A stretch of 50,570 nt of DNA, filler included, from Bipalium vagum (taxonomy: Eukaryota), in assembly GCA_037834085.1 (NCBI GenBank). It is 3 parts of 3 records of this genome, joined end to end, with 100 filler letters (N's around TTAATTAATTAA, not from the genome) between each part and the next. Parts side by side here need not be neighbours in the genome. Positions count along the whole stretch, not along the records: positions 1 to 16,315 come from JBBMKC010116589.1; 2 more parts are not named here. One strand, written 5' to 3'. Below the pieces are notes generated by a model, which saw nothing but the letters and a program-made list of their open reading frames with translations, was not told the origin of the DNA and ran no database searches. How positions within the stretch are numbered: the stretch's first letter is position 1; every line of letters begins with the position of its first letter. The translations under genes and the position numbers were made by a program. Below are positions 1 through 14,336 of this stretch, one piece after another.

Positions 1-2709
1 ATAACGATAACAATACGATAAATTATTTTAAAAATCAATAAATTACTATTAAAAAAAATTTAAAATTAAACTTAAGCGAATAATAAATATGAAAGTGGCC
101 AGTAACAAATCATTTCTGAAATTTTTCTAGTGATAAATCGCTAAGTGCCTTCAGTAGAAGATGAAGTTCAAAAATTCAGCTCTTGATGCACTGCCGTAAT
201 ATCGTCGCAAATTGCAATTTATTTATCTTAAACTGACTTACATTCCGTAAGTCAAACAGAAATATTATACAAAATTATTATTTAGAATTTTAATATTTCC
301 CTTGAAAAAAGTAATCCATCAAAAATAATAAATTGAAGCGCAATAAATAAAAATTGGAATAAAATTATTGCCAGAATTTATTTCCATAATTTGAAATTGG
401 ACTCCATTCCAAAATGGAAAACACTGCCAGATTGGAAGTTTTCACTGGTACTCATGAGAAATGATGAACAGAACAATAAATTATGTACTTTTGTCATAAT
501 AACTACAACTTAAAAAAATAATTACATGAAAAAGTTTTTCTTCACTACAAGAAAATCATTACAAAATAATAATTAACAATAATAATAATAATAAATAATA
601 ATCCTGCTTTCAGCATAATTTTAAGTCATAAATTCTTGTGTCGTTTATGGAAAAAATATGGAAGAGATTGTCTCCTTAAAGAAAAGTGAAAATTATGAAC
701 AGAAAATGCAAGAAAAATTCAGTGAAAATACAAAGAGGAAAGAAAAAAGTTTGATTTATTTATTAAAAATACAACAAATCCAAAAAGATCGTTCTAAATC
801 AGAGAATTTTCATTAATTTACAAAAATATTGAAGCGAAATTATTTCTTTGTTGGGACAATTTTCCTTTTACTTTTCTCTTTTGAATTACATTTTAAAATT
901 TTAAAAAATAATCAAAATAATAAATTTGATAATAAATGAAAACTCCATGGTCCAAAGATAAGATAAAATAAAAAACGACTACTTGAACCATTTGATGAAG
1001 TCAATAAATTAAACCCAGAAGACCAAAACAATTTTACGTTAAATTACAATTGTTACTAAGGACTGATCTTGGACAGTTTGCATGAAAAGGATCAAATCAT
1101 TTCCAAAATTCATAAGATTTTTAATGGAAAAGACGGAGATTAATCGAAATTTTTGAGATTTTAATATTTCAATGTAATATTATCAACTTTTCAAACCAGA
1201 TGTTTTCACAAACCATTTCATAGGGCATTTCATTTAATATTGCCATGTCTTCATTTTTATATTGTCACTTTAAACGTTACATTGAAACCTCATTATTTTC
1301 TTGATGTGGAAAATACGATTTTTTTGTAATTGTTGTTGAAGGTTTGCGTGAAATAGTAATCCATAATCAAAGAGTTTTGAAGAAGTAAAACCTTCAAGAA
1401 CTATAAGAACCAATACAATAATTTGTGCCTATATGTCAATCAAAAGTTTTTATACCACTTTAGAGATTGTAAATCACATTCCATAATCAATAAACATATT
1501 AATGAAAAGATTAGATACCTATTCGTTGACAATTTGGCAAAACCTAAATCAAATCCAAATTACAAGCATCATTTCGATTATTTTCAAAAAAATAAAAGAT
1601 TTTGTGCTTAGTTTTATAGGGTTTTTCGGGTGTTCCGAAATTATCAACTAAAAACAAACCAATTTCTAATGAACAAGTGTAGTTCAACCACCTTAAATTA
1701 CAATTATACAATATTTATTGGAGTTTTTCTTAAATACATTGTTCAATGTGTCGGCATTCATTCTTAATGAGTAATTGTCAGCGATCCAGTACGCTCGAAA
1801 CTGAAATTTCCAAGCAACCAATTTCTGAAATCTCGTTGGCAGCAACCATGCCTCTTGGTCTTAGTTCTTCAACTTATCTTTAAATACTTACCTTATAATA
1901 CTATGATCGATCAGATTTATTTGATAAAGAAAATAATTCAACTAAACATTTGTTGATAATTTGCGGGTATTCAATGTGTAAAATAAGGGTCTGCTGCCAT
2001 TCTCCTAAATTGAATCAGGGATGTTAAAAATGGTCTGAACAACTCATTTTCAAGCTTGGAAACATCTAACGAATGGAAACATTGTAAACATGTAAAAATT
2101 CTTGTTTTTGAGAGGTAAAAACTATTTTTTAATAGGTTGATTAAGAAGGCAAAAACAATCGATTCAGAACATTGGAAAATGTCAAGTTAGATCGAAATAA
2201 ACATGTTTGAGAATGCTCTTGTTGGCAACAATTATTTTAATGAAACCAATTTCAAGGAATTGTGACATCCTTTTTAATGGTAGACTGTTATCTCATGATT
2301 ATAATGAAAGAAATTAACAAGGAATGCATTCAAACCTCGAAAAAATACGAAGACAATTGTACAAAAAAATTGTAAAATAATATTTCGATGGCCTGCCTGT
2401 GCATTAAACGTCAGACATATGTAAAAATGATTTTCTGATCTTTTTCAAAATAAAACTGTAGAAAATCTTGATATTTAATTAAACAAAATTTAAAGAGATG
2501 CCATATCAAATTCTCTGTGTCTACAAAGTACTTCAGACTGAAAGATTCTTATTTCAATTATTACTTTATATTATTAGTGTTATTTGTTAAAATAGCTATT
2601 CGAAACTATCTTCTAAACTATAATAACAATTTTCACTGGATATTAGTACTAGATCATTTATCCCTTAGATACTGTGACTTCATTATGACTTACTCTTTCT
2701 ATTAAATTA

Positions 2710-3813
2710 TGGTGGCTCATAAGTTTCCGGAATTTTGCATATTATTCTTATTTATAATAATTTTTAACATAAATAATATTTAGTTTTAAACTTGTAATTT
2801 ACTTAAATAGCGGTAAACAATTCAAATTTGGTAAGAAAAATATTTTTTTTAAATTGGTATTATTGTACGCGTTTCAACTCGGTCATACTGCGGCTGAGAA
2901 TATTCAAAAATATTTTAAAACCCAAAGGAGAAATTTCTATTACCATAAGCCCCATATATTAATGGTTCAAAAAAATTATAAGTTGTGATTTTGACCTGTA
3001 GGATCAGCCACGTATTGGTATACCATATTTGCATGATTCAGATACATTGAGGACGTCTGTACAAAACAATTCATTAGAAGTTGGTGCTTCTAAAGAAACA
3101 GTACTGAGAGATTTGCAAAAGCTGGTCGTGATGAATAAGAGATACCGAAGTATTTCCTCACAAATTAATACCAGAATAAAAAAATATGGAATTGAATGTT
3201 TGAAGTCAAGTTTTGCAAAATCTTTAAAATATTCGTTTCCTAAAAGAAATGTAACATGCAAGGAAAAGTGAGTTTACTACAACAATCCAAATATGAAAAA
3301 CCAATGGATGCAGAAAGACCAATCTGTAAAAAGAGACCCAAAATGGTCGCATTTTTGTGTCTGGTGGAAATATGAATGATTATTTTATTTCAAGGTAATT
3401 CTTGAAGGTATAGCTATTAATACTGACAACAAATCGATAGAATGTACGTGGTTATGCTTCAAAGATAACAAGAATGAACCAATCGAAACAGTCATTTTTC
3501 ACCAAGATAACGCTAGATTGAATATTGTACTGTAGATAAAACAAAAATTATGTCCATTAACAATCCACCTGTTTCATTCAATATCGACATTCTTGAAATG
3601 ACGGAAATTTCTACATCTTAAGGACATTGAAAAAGCATATTCAGAATTCGTTACATCAAAGGACACAGTCTGGAATCAAAATGGTCTCTTATTAATAGCT
3701 AAAACATGATTGAAAAAAATTGAGTAAAAGGGATTGTAATACGATGAATAAAATTTATTTTTGTATTCAATGACAATCTTACACTACAAATTCCAGAATT
3801 TCATGAGCCACAC
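2710..3813 (+). mobile_element. Decayed mariner-family DNA transposon (about 1.1 kb) with terminal inverted repeats
   Basis: TIRs gtggctcataagtttccggaattt (about 2712) and aaattccagaatttcatgagccac (about 3788-3811). Interrupted transposase motifs LLYAFQLGHTAAEN, DQPRIGIP (RSGRP-like), VTCKEK (VTxDEK-like) and FHQDNAR. Confidence 0.8.
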
Positions 3814-6800
3814 TTAGAGATAAATTTATGTACATCGTTTCTATGAAAATACCTAAATTGAAAACTAAGTAAATATTGAATGGAATAAAAATTTTTCAGA
3901 TTAATACGTAAATAACAAAATTCCCGTTCCATTAGATTTCCATATATTCAAATTCCTTTGTGGAAACCATTTCTCAACAATTTGTGAGATCATAGCAACC
4001 GTAGAGAAATATTTCGAAAGACTTCGGAAAATCATTTTATGAATGGGATTCTTCAATTAGAGAATAGTTAGCACAAGTGTATTGATCTTTAAAGATATAC
4101 TGAATAAGACAATTATTTTAAATATTATAAAACAAGATTTTTTCTTTGTCAGACTAAAACATTTTCAACTGGCCTAGTATAATTTCTTGTTATGATCTAC
4201 ATACTTAATTTGGTATTTGTGAATTTCAAATACAGTAGTTGAAAAAGAAATTAAAAATAAAACTGAGATGAACGATGAGGCAAGAGGCAATCCTATTTCA
4301 GTGTAATTAAATCATAACAGAGCCACTGCGACTTAAACTTCACAAATGTCAACCATAATTGCACGGAAAGAATCAATCAAAGGTTATTGTAAAGATTAAG
4401 ATAAAAAACTTGAAAATTTCGAAAGAATTTTGACGTTCTAGAACGTGTACTCCACTTTTCAGTGAAATATGGTAATATTCTTTTGAAAAAAATTCCAGAC
4501 AAGTTCCAAAGATAAATAAACATGAAAACTATTTTCTTTTGTGTTTCCTGGTGAAATATTCATTCCAGAACATATATTGATGACTTAAAACTAATAAAAG
4601 CATTCGTTGCAAAACAATCAAATTCTTGAAGGATAAAGAGAAACCATGACAGGATGATCACTCAACCAAACATTATGAAATTGAGATTGAATTTTCTCCA
4701 TAAACATCAATACTGACCATTTACGTGTAATTTTCACATTTTTTAACAGCTTAAGGAAATTTTTTAGTTGAAAAATAATAATTTATAATAATCGGGTCAA
4801 AAACGCGTGGGTTGAATATTTTGGGCCAAAAATAAGAGAATTCCGGAACCTCTGTCGGATAAGTAGTTAGAGGACAGCTATTTTTTTAATTATATTTATT
4901 GAAAACTCTGTTCATTTCTAATCATATTTAAAACCATTTTTGTATGACCTTATGTGATTCAAAATAGTTTTTGCAAACTCCTTTATAATAAACGAAAAGA
5001 AGCTTCCGACCAAGAGATCACTTTCAAAATGACATAAATATAATCATAAAAAAATATGAACATAGTACGTCCATGAATTGAAGTAATTTCGGATTTTCAG
5101 AATAATATAAGAAATGATTTTTCAAATCAATAAATCTTCATCATAAAAAACCTGTTGCTGTCTCTCAGCTGCCACAGATTTTAAGAATAATCTACATAAA
5201 TACAGGTGCGACTAGTTTTTATGGTAGATACTTTTTTTGTGATAAAGTTGATCAAGCTGAATGATATTTCAATTAGTAAAATATTCATATTTTATTTCAT
5301 CAGATTCTGAACGGGTTTTCTTGATGATCTGAAATTGATTTTACTTAATTTCCATGAAAATATATAATAAATAAATAACTGACGTAAATCTGAGTAAGAA
5401 ATAGATAAGGACAATTTGATCAATGATATATGAATATTTCAGTTTATTTCCCATCGTATTTGGTGAAATAAATAAAAATAAATTTAATATGAAATTAAAA
5501 TGACAATTAAAAAACACTTTAAATCATTGGTAAATATGAAATTAAATAAAATAACGATAAACATTTAAAATAAATCAATTTTATTAGAAATATGTGCTTA
5601 GAAAATTATTTATATTTTCCTTTGCTATAAATAATAAATGAATATTTCGGTTGTCATAAAATTCCTCTCAACCAATATATTAAATATAAATTAATATCTA
5701 TTTATCATATTTTTGATATTGCATCGACTTAACAATCCGATTTTTGAGTGAAACTAAACTGTTACTGAAACAAAATTGATAAAATATGTAAATGGAAAAA
5801 ATAAAGATTTCCTTTATCCATGAAAGAAATTAATTTCCATCACTGACTTTTACCATCATGGTTAAACGAAGTTAGTCAGGGGTTGAAAGGGAAATTATTA
5901 CATTAATAAATGTTTTTTTTGTTTTATTTTATCCCACTGCATTTATACAGTTTTATTATCCAGTTGATTTACAAAATTAATCTTCTGTTAAATATGCTTC
6001 ATTGAATGATAAGCCTTAGTTAAGTATCACGCGAATTAGTTATGCCAAACTAATTATGATGGAATGAATTTGGCCATATGATAATGCCTTGAGAATCAGT
6101 GTTATATTGATTTTTGTTATTTTTTGTCATTTTAAGCTCAGCCTCAACACGATTTTGTTTTAAACAAACTCCGTTTCATTCAAACAAGTTAGTCGTCCAA
6201 AATTGAGTCCCGCCTTCTAAGATCAACTATATTAAAAAATAACGTGATATTAGCTCATTTAATATTTATTTATTTATCATTGATATTTATTTTTTATTTT
6301 AATTTATTTTTTCCTATTCAGAGATGACTATCTTGATTTCCTTAAAGCAGAATCATGTATAATGAACCATAGAATGATTCTATTACTTATCAACGAATAT
6401 TTAGATATATCAAATATCGTTTTTTTTCTTACTTAATGATTTATTTAGGTTTAATATATAAAATAGATTGATTAAATCATTATACTAGAAAACGATACAC
6501 TTAAACAAAATCACTTACCACGGAAATATCCTAAAAGAAAGTCTACTTGATATTTAAATAATTCTTTTTAGTTTTTACATAAAAAAATGTAACATATTCT
6601 TAAATTATACATTTTTATAAAATGGAAAAAAGAGGATACATGAGATTAATATTTAAGTATCATGTAATAAAATAGGAAAACATTCTCTAAACCAAAAAAA
6701 AACAATTTTTAAATAATAAAAATAAATGAACAAATAATTTTTTTTCATTTAATTATCAAAAAATTACATTCCTTTATAAAAATAATTCAATTTATTTACT

Positions 6801-8449
6801 TACCCAGAATTCTTATCAATTCTTTTTCCTATATGATCATAATTAATTATAATTTCTTTAATTAATTAAATAGAGATTTTTCCATTCTTCTTCAGTAGTA
6901 AATTATCAAAGTATTATTAACTCAGTCTTGATGACATATTATATTTATCTCATGCAAAAGATAACAAAATGATTTATGATTAATAATATAATGATTATTA
7001 ATAATCAAAGAATTCTCCAACACATATAATAAATGATTAAAATTAGAAAAAATATTAATTATATCGTATTGCACAAGATTGTTAAAAAGATATTTCATTC
7101 AAACTACATTTCAGGTATTATTAGCGATAAATAACAAAAGAAAATTCCTGGACAAAAAAATATAGGACATCGATGTGTTAGTATTATTTTTTCTTAATAT
7201 CTGCATAAACAGAAGACCGTGGGGAAAAAATTTTGAAAAATTGGTCAGAAATAAATAAAATTCACTCAATAACTTAATCTAACTTTCTCGAATGTCTGAT
7301 TTTTCTTGTAACATTTCTCTACCCGAAATACTGAGATTGTCGAAGATTTTATGCAACTTGTCTTCCCGTACTCTAGACTTGAGAATAAAAATATTTATTA
7401 TAATTTCTCAATTCGTATTTGGGAATTCACTCTGATAATTTAAGTTTGTCGGTAAAATTTTTGAGTGAATGCCAAATAGAAATTGTTCTCTAACAACTCT
7501 TGCCCCTTAAGAGTAATATAATTTTTTCTTTTATAATATTAATAAAAAATCTTTTTTCAATACGATTGTTATTATATTATTATTGTTAATATTCTTTATT
7601 ATTACTATTATTATCATTATTATTATTTATTTTTATTATTATTCATATTAATATTAATATTATGTTTATCAATCTGAAAATTTTTGAAACATATTCCAAA
7701 AATGCATTTTCAATATTTTTTCTTTTTCATCACTAATAACAACCTGTTAATAAAATAGCTCTATCATTCATTTTCCACAAATATTTGCTTAAACGAATTT
7801 CGTAAATATTTCGAAAATTGCGGCAAAAGGTTCAGTTTATTTCTCATTTAACTCAATTGAACAAACAATTTCCCAGACTAGAAATGGAGCAACAAAAGCA
7901 AATTACAAAAAAAATATTTTAAATTGGATAAATTCATCAGATTGGAGCAGGAAAATAACAATGACACACGCACACGATAACATACATACATCGTGCACAT
8001 ACATATAGCTACACACGTCACAATGCCGTTTCCAAGATTACAAATAACCGTTTGTATGTCCAGAGATGTATTGCTTAATTTTACCTGATTTTATCACAAC
8101 CCAGGATGCAAAGCAGTTTCCTGGGTGTGTATCTGTTAGTATGTATGCATACATACTGGCCGATGAATATTAATCGATGGGTGCTTGACTACTTCGCCGG
8201 ACCATGTGATGACTATTTTATGGAATATTTTAATATAATAATTACCCTACTTATTTAACAGAAATTGCTTGTTAATATTAAAAAGAAATATATAATAATT
8301 CAAATTCAAAATCAAAAAACAATGGAAAGCAATTTTTGTTTATATAATATTGTGATAAAATCTCATTATTGAAGAATGGGAAATAAATATTCGATAAAAA
8401 AAATAAAGTGAAAAAATATTTTTTATTGATTTAAGTAATATTTATTTAC

Positions 8450-8794
8450 TTTCTCAATACATTGATTTCATTTTTTAAGGAATCTTCGCGTGCTTGTGCT
8501 TCTTGTTTATCTTTGCTACTTGCTCTTGAAGATGCTGTTATGGCTTTCTTTTTAATACACTTTACAGCAACAAAGGAATTATTTTCTGTATCTTCAGCAA
8601 GGCGTACCTCAGAAAATGCTCCGCTAAATGATAAAAACATAAATGTTAAAAATAAGTTTCGCAAAAGAAAAAAATTTATTCAATAATATTGAATAATAAT
8701 GAATACAATGACAAATAGCAAGCACAAAAATTATATCATACGTTCCCAAAACTTCTTTGAATTGATAACGAGAAAGTGAACTTGTAAAATTCAT
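8450..8794 (-). CDS. CAMK1: Calcium/calmodulin-dependent protein kinase type I-like, first two exons (partial; the rest was not found in this window)
   Basis: Exon 8794-8742 (ATG, MNFTSSLSRYQFKEVLGT) and exon 8623-8450 join in frame through a GT-AG intron to give LGTGAFSEVRLAE...VAVKCIKKKA...NEINVLRK, the CaMKI glycine loop, beta3 Lys and alphaC Glu. Confidence 0.8.
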
Positions 8795-9399
8795 AGAAAT
8801 TTGAAATATTAAAATAAATACAAATGAAGCAGCTGCTTAGAATGCATGACAATTAGTTGAATTAATATAATAATGATGCATTAAAAGAAGGTTTATTAAT
8901 ATGAAACTTAGAATAAATATTAAGAAAATTATTACTATTATTATTTATATATTCAAAATTAAATATTTTCGTATTAATTGATTAATAACTTTATTTAATT
9001 GTGACATTTTCGTAAATTATTTATTCGTTAATTTTTTTCAAAGGTTTTCAAGAATGAAATTAAATAAATTATTTCCTAAAAAGTATGTTTTTAATTTTTA
9101 TCAAACTTTTGACATTAATGTATTAGGCGTAGCAGTTGTTTCTGCGGAATTTTTTTTAAAAACAATTTATTTTATTTTAAAGACACAACACAATTATATT
9201 ATACATATTTTTCATCGTTAAGTATAATATTGGTATCTTCTTACCAATAAATAAATATCTTCTTTAGAAAAAATCTATTCATCGAGCTAAAAGATGATTT
9301 CATCATATTTGAAATTATTTTTATCATATTTCTATTATTAAAATAAGTTGTAATTTAACAAAATTTAATTTGTTTATATAATTCAAAAATTTTGTTGAC

Positions 9400-10743
9400 C
9401 ATAATTAATTGCCGCACTAAATTGAATTTGGATTTTCTTTATCAATTTTTATTTTATACTAACATTTTTACAATATATAATAAGTGAGAATTAATAATTA
9501 TAAAAATTATAATTTAAACTGTTTAGTAAATTCATACCATGCCAAATTTAAGAAAAATGTCCAACAATGAAAAAGGGATGATTAAAGCCTACCACGAAGC
9601 CGGAAAATCAAACAGGTGGATCGGAAATAAGTTAAACAGAAATGAAAGTTCCATAAGATATTAATTGAAAAATTGAGATAGCAAAAATCGTAAGCCTGGC
9701 CCAAAGACAAAGATTTCGCCAAAAACGAAATGATTGATTATTCACAAAGCCAGCAATAAATCGATTTCAAACTCGACAATTAAACATGAACTTAACTTAA
9801 ACGTAAGCAAGGAGACTATCTACCGTGTTATCAACAATTCCCAAGTCTTAAAATACCAAAAATGATGGTGAAACCACCACTCAAAGTTGAACACAAATTG
9901 AAGCGTTTGCAATGAGCGAAAACTAAAGTAGCGTGAGGCGACCAATGGAAGCAGATCATCTGGAGTGACGAAAAGAAATTTAATTTAGACGGACCAGATG
10001 GCCATTCATACTATTTTCATGATTTGAGAAAAGAAAACATGCAATTTTCCAAAAGACACTCGGGCGGAGGATCTTTAATGATTTGGGCCTGTTTCAATTT
10101 CAGTGGCAGGTCGAGTCTGGCGACTGTTTCCGGCAATCTAAATCAATGGGGGTATCAGAGACTCCTGAAAGACAATCTAATACCTTTTATAAAAGATTTT
10201 GGCGGATTCAGCCCTGTCTTTCAGCAAGATAATTGCATGTGCCAAGTATCCTGTTCAACTATGGAATGGCTAAAAAGCAAAAATATTGAAGTTATGGACA
10301 GGCCGTCATACTCACCGGATCTAAATCCCATAGAAAACTTATGTGAGGTGTTGGTTTGGAAGGTATATGCTGGTAGAAAGCAATTCAATTGGCTGTTGGG
10401 AAGACATGGACCAATACATAATGGAAAATTTGGTAAATTCAATGCCAAATAGAATTTATGAGACTATTTATTCTCACGGCAGCTTAATAAATTATTAGAA
10501 TCGTATTGGTACATTTTTTGTGAATAAAAATCGATTTTTTGGAAATTGTGGCAATTAATTTGTGTCGGCTTTTTTAATATTTTTATTTTTTGCTTAATAT
10601 AATTGGTTATATTAAGAATTTTTCAGTCATTTTTTTACATTTGCATTAAGACTACATTGTGTAAATATTTTGAAAATTTGGAAATCTTTGGACAAAAGAT
10701 AATGTCATTTTTGTAAGTGCGGCAATTAATTTGTGACGCACTG
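9400..10743 (+). mobile_element. Tc1/Tc3-like transposon with a pseudogenised DD34E-type transposase
   Basis: ATG at 9539 (MPNLRKMSNNEKGMIKAYH...). Motifs WSDEKKFNLDGPDG, GGGSLMIWACF, FQQDN and SPDLNPIENL, with in-frame stops. Inverted repeats taattaattgccgcact (about 9403) and agtgcggcaattaatt...gcactg-TA (about 10716-10745), plus an inner repeat near 10548. Confidence 0.9.
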
Positions 10744-11676
10744 TAATATTATGAAGCAATCAGTGAATTTAGTGAAACAAATTTAAAAATTGTTTTAACT
10801 TCAAAGATAAATTCAATTCCAGTTAATCAAACAGCGATGGAACATAATGAAAATTAAATATTAACAAATGCTTAACATGTATATTGTTCACATAGAGATG
10901 ATACAAAATGCAGAAATTCAAATTCCTTTCGGATTTTATCTATGAAGAACTGCTGAGTTTATATTAAGTGATAATTTTTGGAAAAATTTTAAACCACGTC
11001 TTTACAATTTTCAAATAGAGTTCAGTTTGAGACATATAAAGATATATTCTTGTTTGATCTCGCACATTTATTGGAGATGTGAGCCGATCTTTTGAAACTG
11101 AGAACCTCTGAGCACAAGAGCGAGTTGATTCTTTCCCTTCTCCTTGATCCTCTTGAGAAACCTAATGAAAAGAATATTCTACATTGTCACAAGTAGCACA
11201 AAACATTGTAACTTGTAATTATCAAATAAACATTTTTAAAAGAATTTTTGTTGGGATATTTTTATTGAATATCGAATAAGACGATAAAATTTTCTCAAGA
11301 TACTTGAGTCCTTATATTTTGACACATCTTATAGTTCAACATACGTTTTTAAATAACAATATATATGTTACAAAAAATAAAGAAAAAAACTTCTTCAAAA
11401 GACAAATCAAATATCGAATAATTTAAATTAAATGAAATGTAAGTTGAGTTACTAAAAATTTTGAAAAATGTTTATGAATCGGCAATTTCGAATGGAATCC
11501 AATGATATATTTAAAAAGTTAATGAATATTTTCAAAAATATTATTTTTATATAAAATGAAAATCCAAAGTTGCAAAATGTATTTTAAATAATAATTTTTT
11601 TCTAAATTCAATAGCAATAAATTAACTCGATATTCTTTTTGAGTAAAATTAATATTACTAACAATTATTGCCAATG

Positions 11677-11754
11677 ATTATTATTATTATTATTTTATTA
11701 TTATTATTATTATTATTATTATATTATTATTATTATATTATTATTATTATTATT
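11677..11754. repeat. (ATT)n microsatellite, imperfect
   Basis: Visible tandem att repeats. Confidence 0.9.
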
Positions 11755-11859
11755 GATAGTTCTCATACTAAAAGATGCAAAATTAATTTCAAAGTTTAGC
11801 AATTATTGTGGAAAAACAAACTATGTTAAGATAGGTATTGACAGAATTGTATAAGATTA

Positions 11860-12070
11860 AAGTGCCCAAAGTGCATAGAAAAATATTTTTCTATACTAGA
11901 TTTTATTGAATCCTCAAAATGAATTTCGAAATTATGGTTTCTATTTCAATCAATATTTTCCGAGAGCCTAGACACAATTCCACCTTCTTTGTAGCTACCT
12001 AATATAAATTATTTCTCAAAGGATTAAAAAAAATCAAATATTTTTCTACGGTTTCTGAGCTGACACTGGA
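11860..12070 (-). mobile_element. Mariner 3'-end remnant
   Basis: The minus strand reads LQRRWNCV*ALGKY, similar to the mariner C-terminus (RWxxCVxxxGxY). Confidence 0.4.
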
Positions 12071-14336
12071 GATTTTTGTAAAATGAAATATATTTTATTG
12101 GTTAAAAATATTAAATATTCATTAAAAATTATGAATTATTTTTATTAAAAGATTCTCTTGCCAGTATGATATGTAATTTATTTATTTTATATATTTTTTA
12201 TTCATATATAAAATTTAAAGAAAATACAATAAGCAAAGCTTTATGATGGTTTTAACTACCAAGCTGTGTACCATAAAAATATTTTATGACCTTAATGCTT
12301 TATACAAGGTTCATTATAAAGATATAAAAATGAGTAACTGAAATAAATAACATTTAACTTCTACAATAGATTAGTTCAGATCGATACATGATCAAAAGAA
12401 TTATTTTAGATTTATGATGAGATAATGAGGCATTTAGAAGAATGTTGGATACATTTTATTTTGATTTATTATTTAATCTGGAATGAAATTAAATTAAAAT
12501 TTATCTTATTAAACATATTTGACTTTTGAAATTATTAAATCTTATTTATTCCACCGTGATAATCAATTTAATTAATTAATATTTATTTTTCAAAATTAAT
12601 TATTGAATAATTGTATTATATTTTTTTATTATTTATTAATAACTTTTCAAAAAATACATGGAATTCATCGAACGACTGTTAGTAATTTTGAAAATTTGAT
12701 AATAATTAAATTTGTTTTAATTAAGTCGATTGAATTTTTCGTATTTCTAAATCATCGAAAATCAATTTCTCTGTTAACTTTCATATTTTTTACTATTGAA
12801 CTTTTTTTGTAATCTTGACTATCAATTTAATTTTTTTTTAATTTTTAATTAAATTTTTCTTTTTTTCCATTAGATCTAATTGTCTTCTTAATTGTCTAAT
12901 TGTCTCATTAGCTAATTATATAATATAAATTATAATGATATAAACATAAATTATATAATATGATTATATAAATATTTTATTTCTTTCGTAATTATTTATC
13001 TTTACTATTTGAAAGACCGTTTTTTATTAAATAATATTGGGAATTATAATAATAACGAGTTTGGGAGTGTATCGTTGTGATTTTATTTTTTTATTATATT
13101 ATGAACTAAGAAAACTCAATCTTTTACGTACTATGGTTCAAATTAACTCCGATATGTTCTAAAATTGCTGTAAGGAAAAAAAACACTAAACAATTTCATT
13201 AAATTATTATATTATTAATTGTTATTAATATTAATTAAGATTAATTATTATTATATTAAATTTTTCTTTGTATTGTTTTGAATCATCTATTTTTTGCTTT
13301 CAATGTTATCTATCCCGATAGCAGATCCAATGATTGAAAAATTTTACTTAATGTTTGGCTTTTTAAAACAATTAATTTACATATTAATTTTTATTAATTA
13401 ATTTTTCATCTTTCCTTCCTCGAATCTAAGATCGATACTCTTGATATCAGGCACCTTTTCAATTAACTTAACGTTTCTCATTGTTTTATCATATTATTAT
13501 CAGTATTGATTTTACATGTCGTCTTCATTTAAACATTTTAAACGTTATAAATTAAATAAATAAAATTAAATAAAAAGAAAATCATAAGATAATCAGGATG
13601 GTCTCAGATGATTAGATGAAATTAACATTCCTGTAATATTTTCTTTATTTCAATTTAATATTAACAAAATTCATTTCATAATTTCATAATAATTATTTAT
13701 ATTATTATACGAAGCGAATAATTTGATTAAAGTATTTCTTTTCTATAACCATTCTCAATTCAAAAGGATTCCATGATGCACATGTATACAGAATTTTTCG
13801 ACATTTCATTATGAAAATTAAATGCCAAGACTTCCTCAAACCTTAAAATTCCAAAATTCTTTGATATATTTTCTAATGGAAAAATTCGCTTCAGATCAAC
13901 TTTTACAAATTACGTTAAGATAAATTTGAATCATCCAAATATTATTATTTTCTCTTTCCTATTGTAAAAATAAACATTATCCTCCAAAAACATCAGCTTT
14001 CGGTATCTTCAAAATAATTTCCTTGAGTAGAACTTAAAATCTTTCCATATAAACAAATTTATAAATAAATAAAATAAATTTGACAACAATTCAGTTTTTC
14101 TTTCTTTCAAAATGCAAAAGTTACATCCTGGGAAAAAATCCTAAAACCCTCCAGTTTCTCTTTAGCGTCCATAAGCCTTCCTTTCATTAATTTTTCGTTT
14201 TAGAAATCATCTTTACAAAGCAACCAATAAAAATTCCCTTGAACAAAAGAAAAAAGTCTGTGATATTTTATTTTTTAATTATGTTAAAAACAAAACAATT
14301 GTTCAAAATGTAATATTAATTTAAAGCTAGATTCGT

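Noticed and set aside
13788-13801. 14-nt match (acagaatttttcga) to profilin-like exon 3, suggesting a tandem paralog
   Set aside because: Flanking translations do not align and contain stops. Likely chance in AT-rich DNA.
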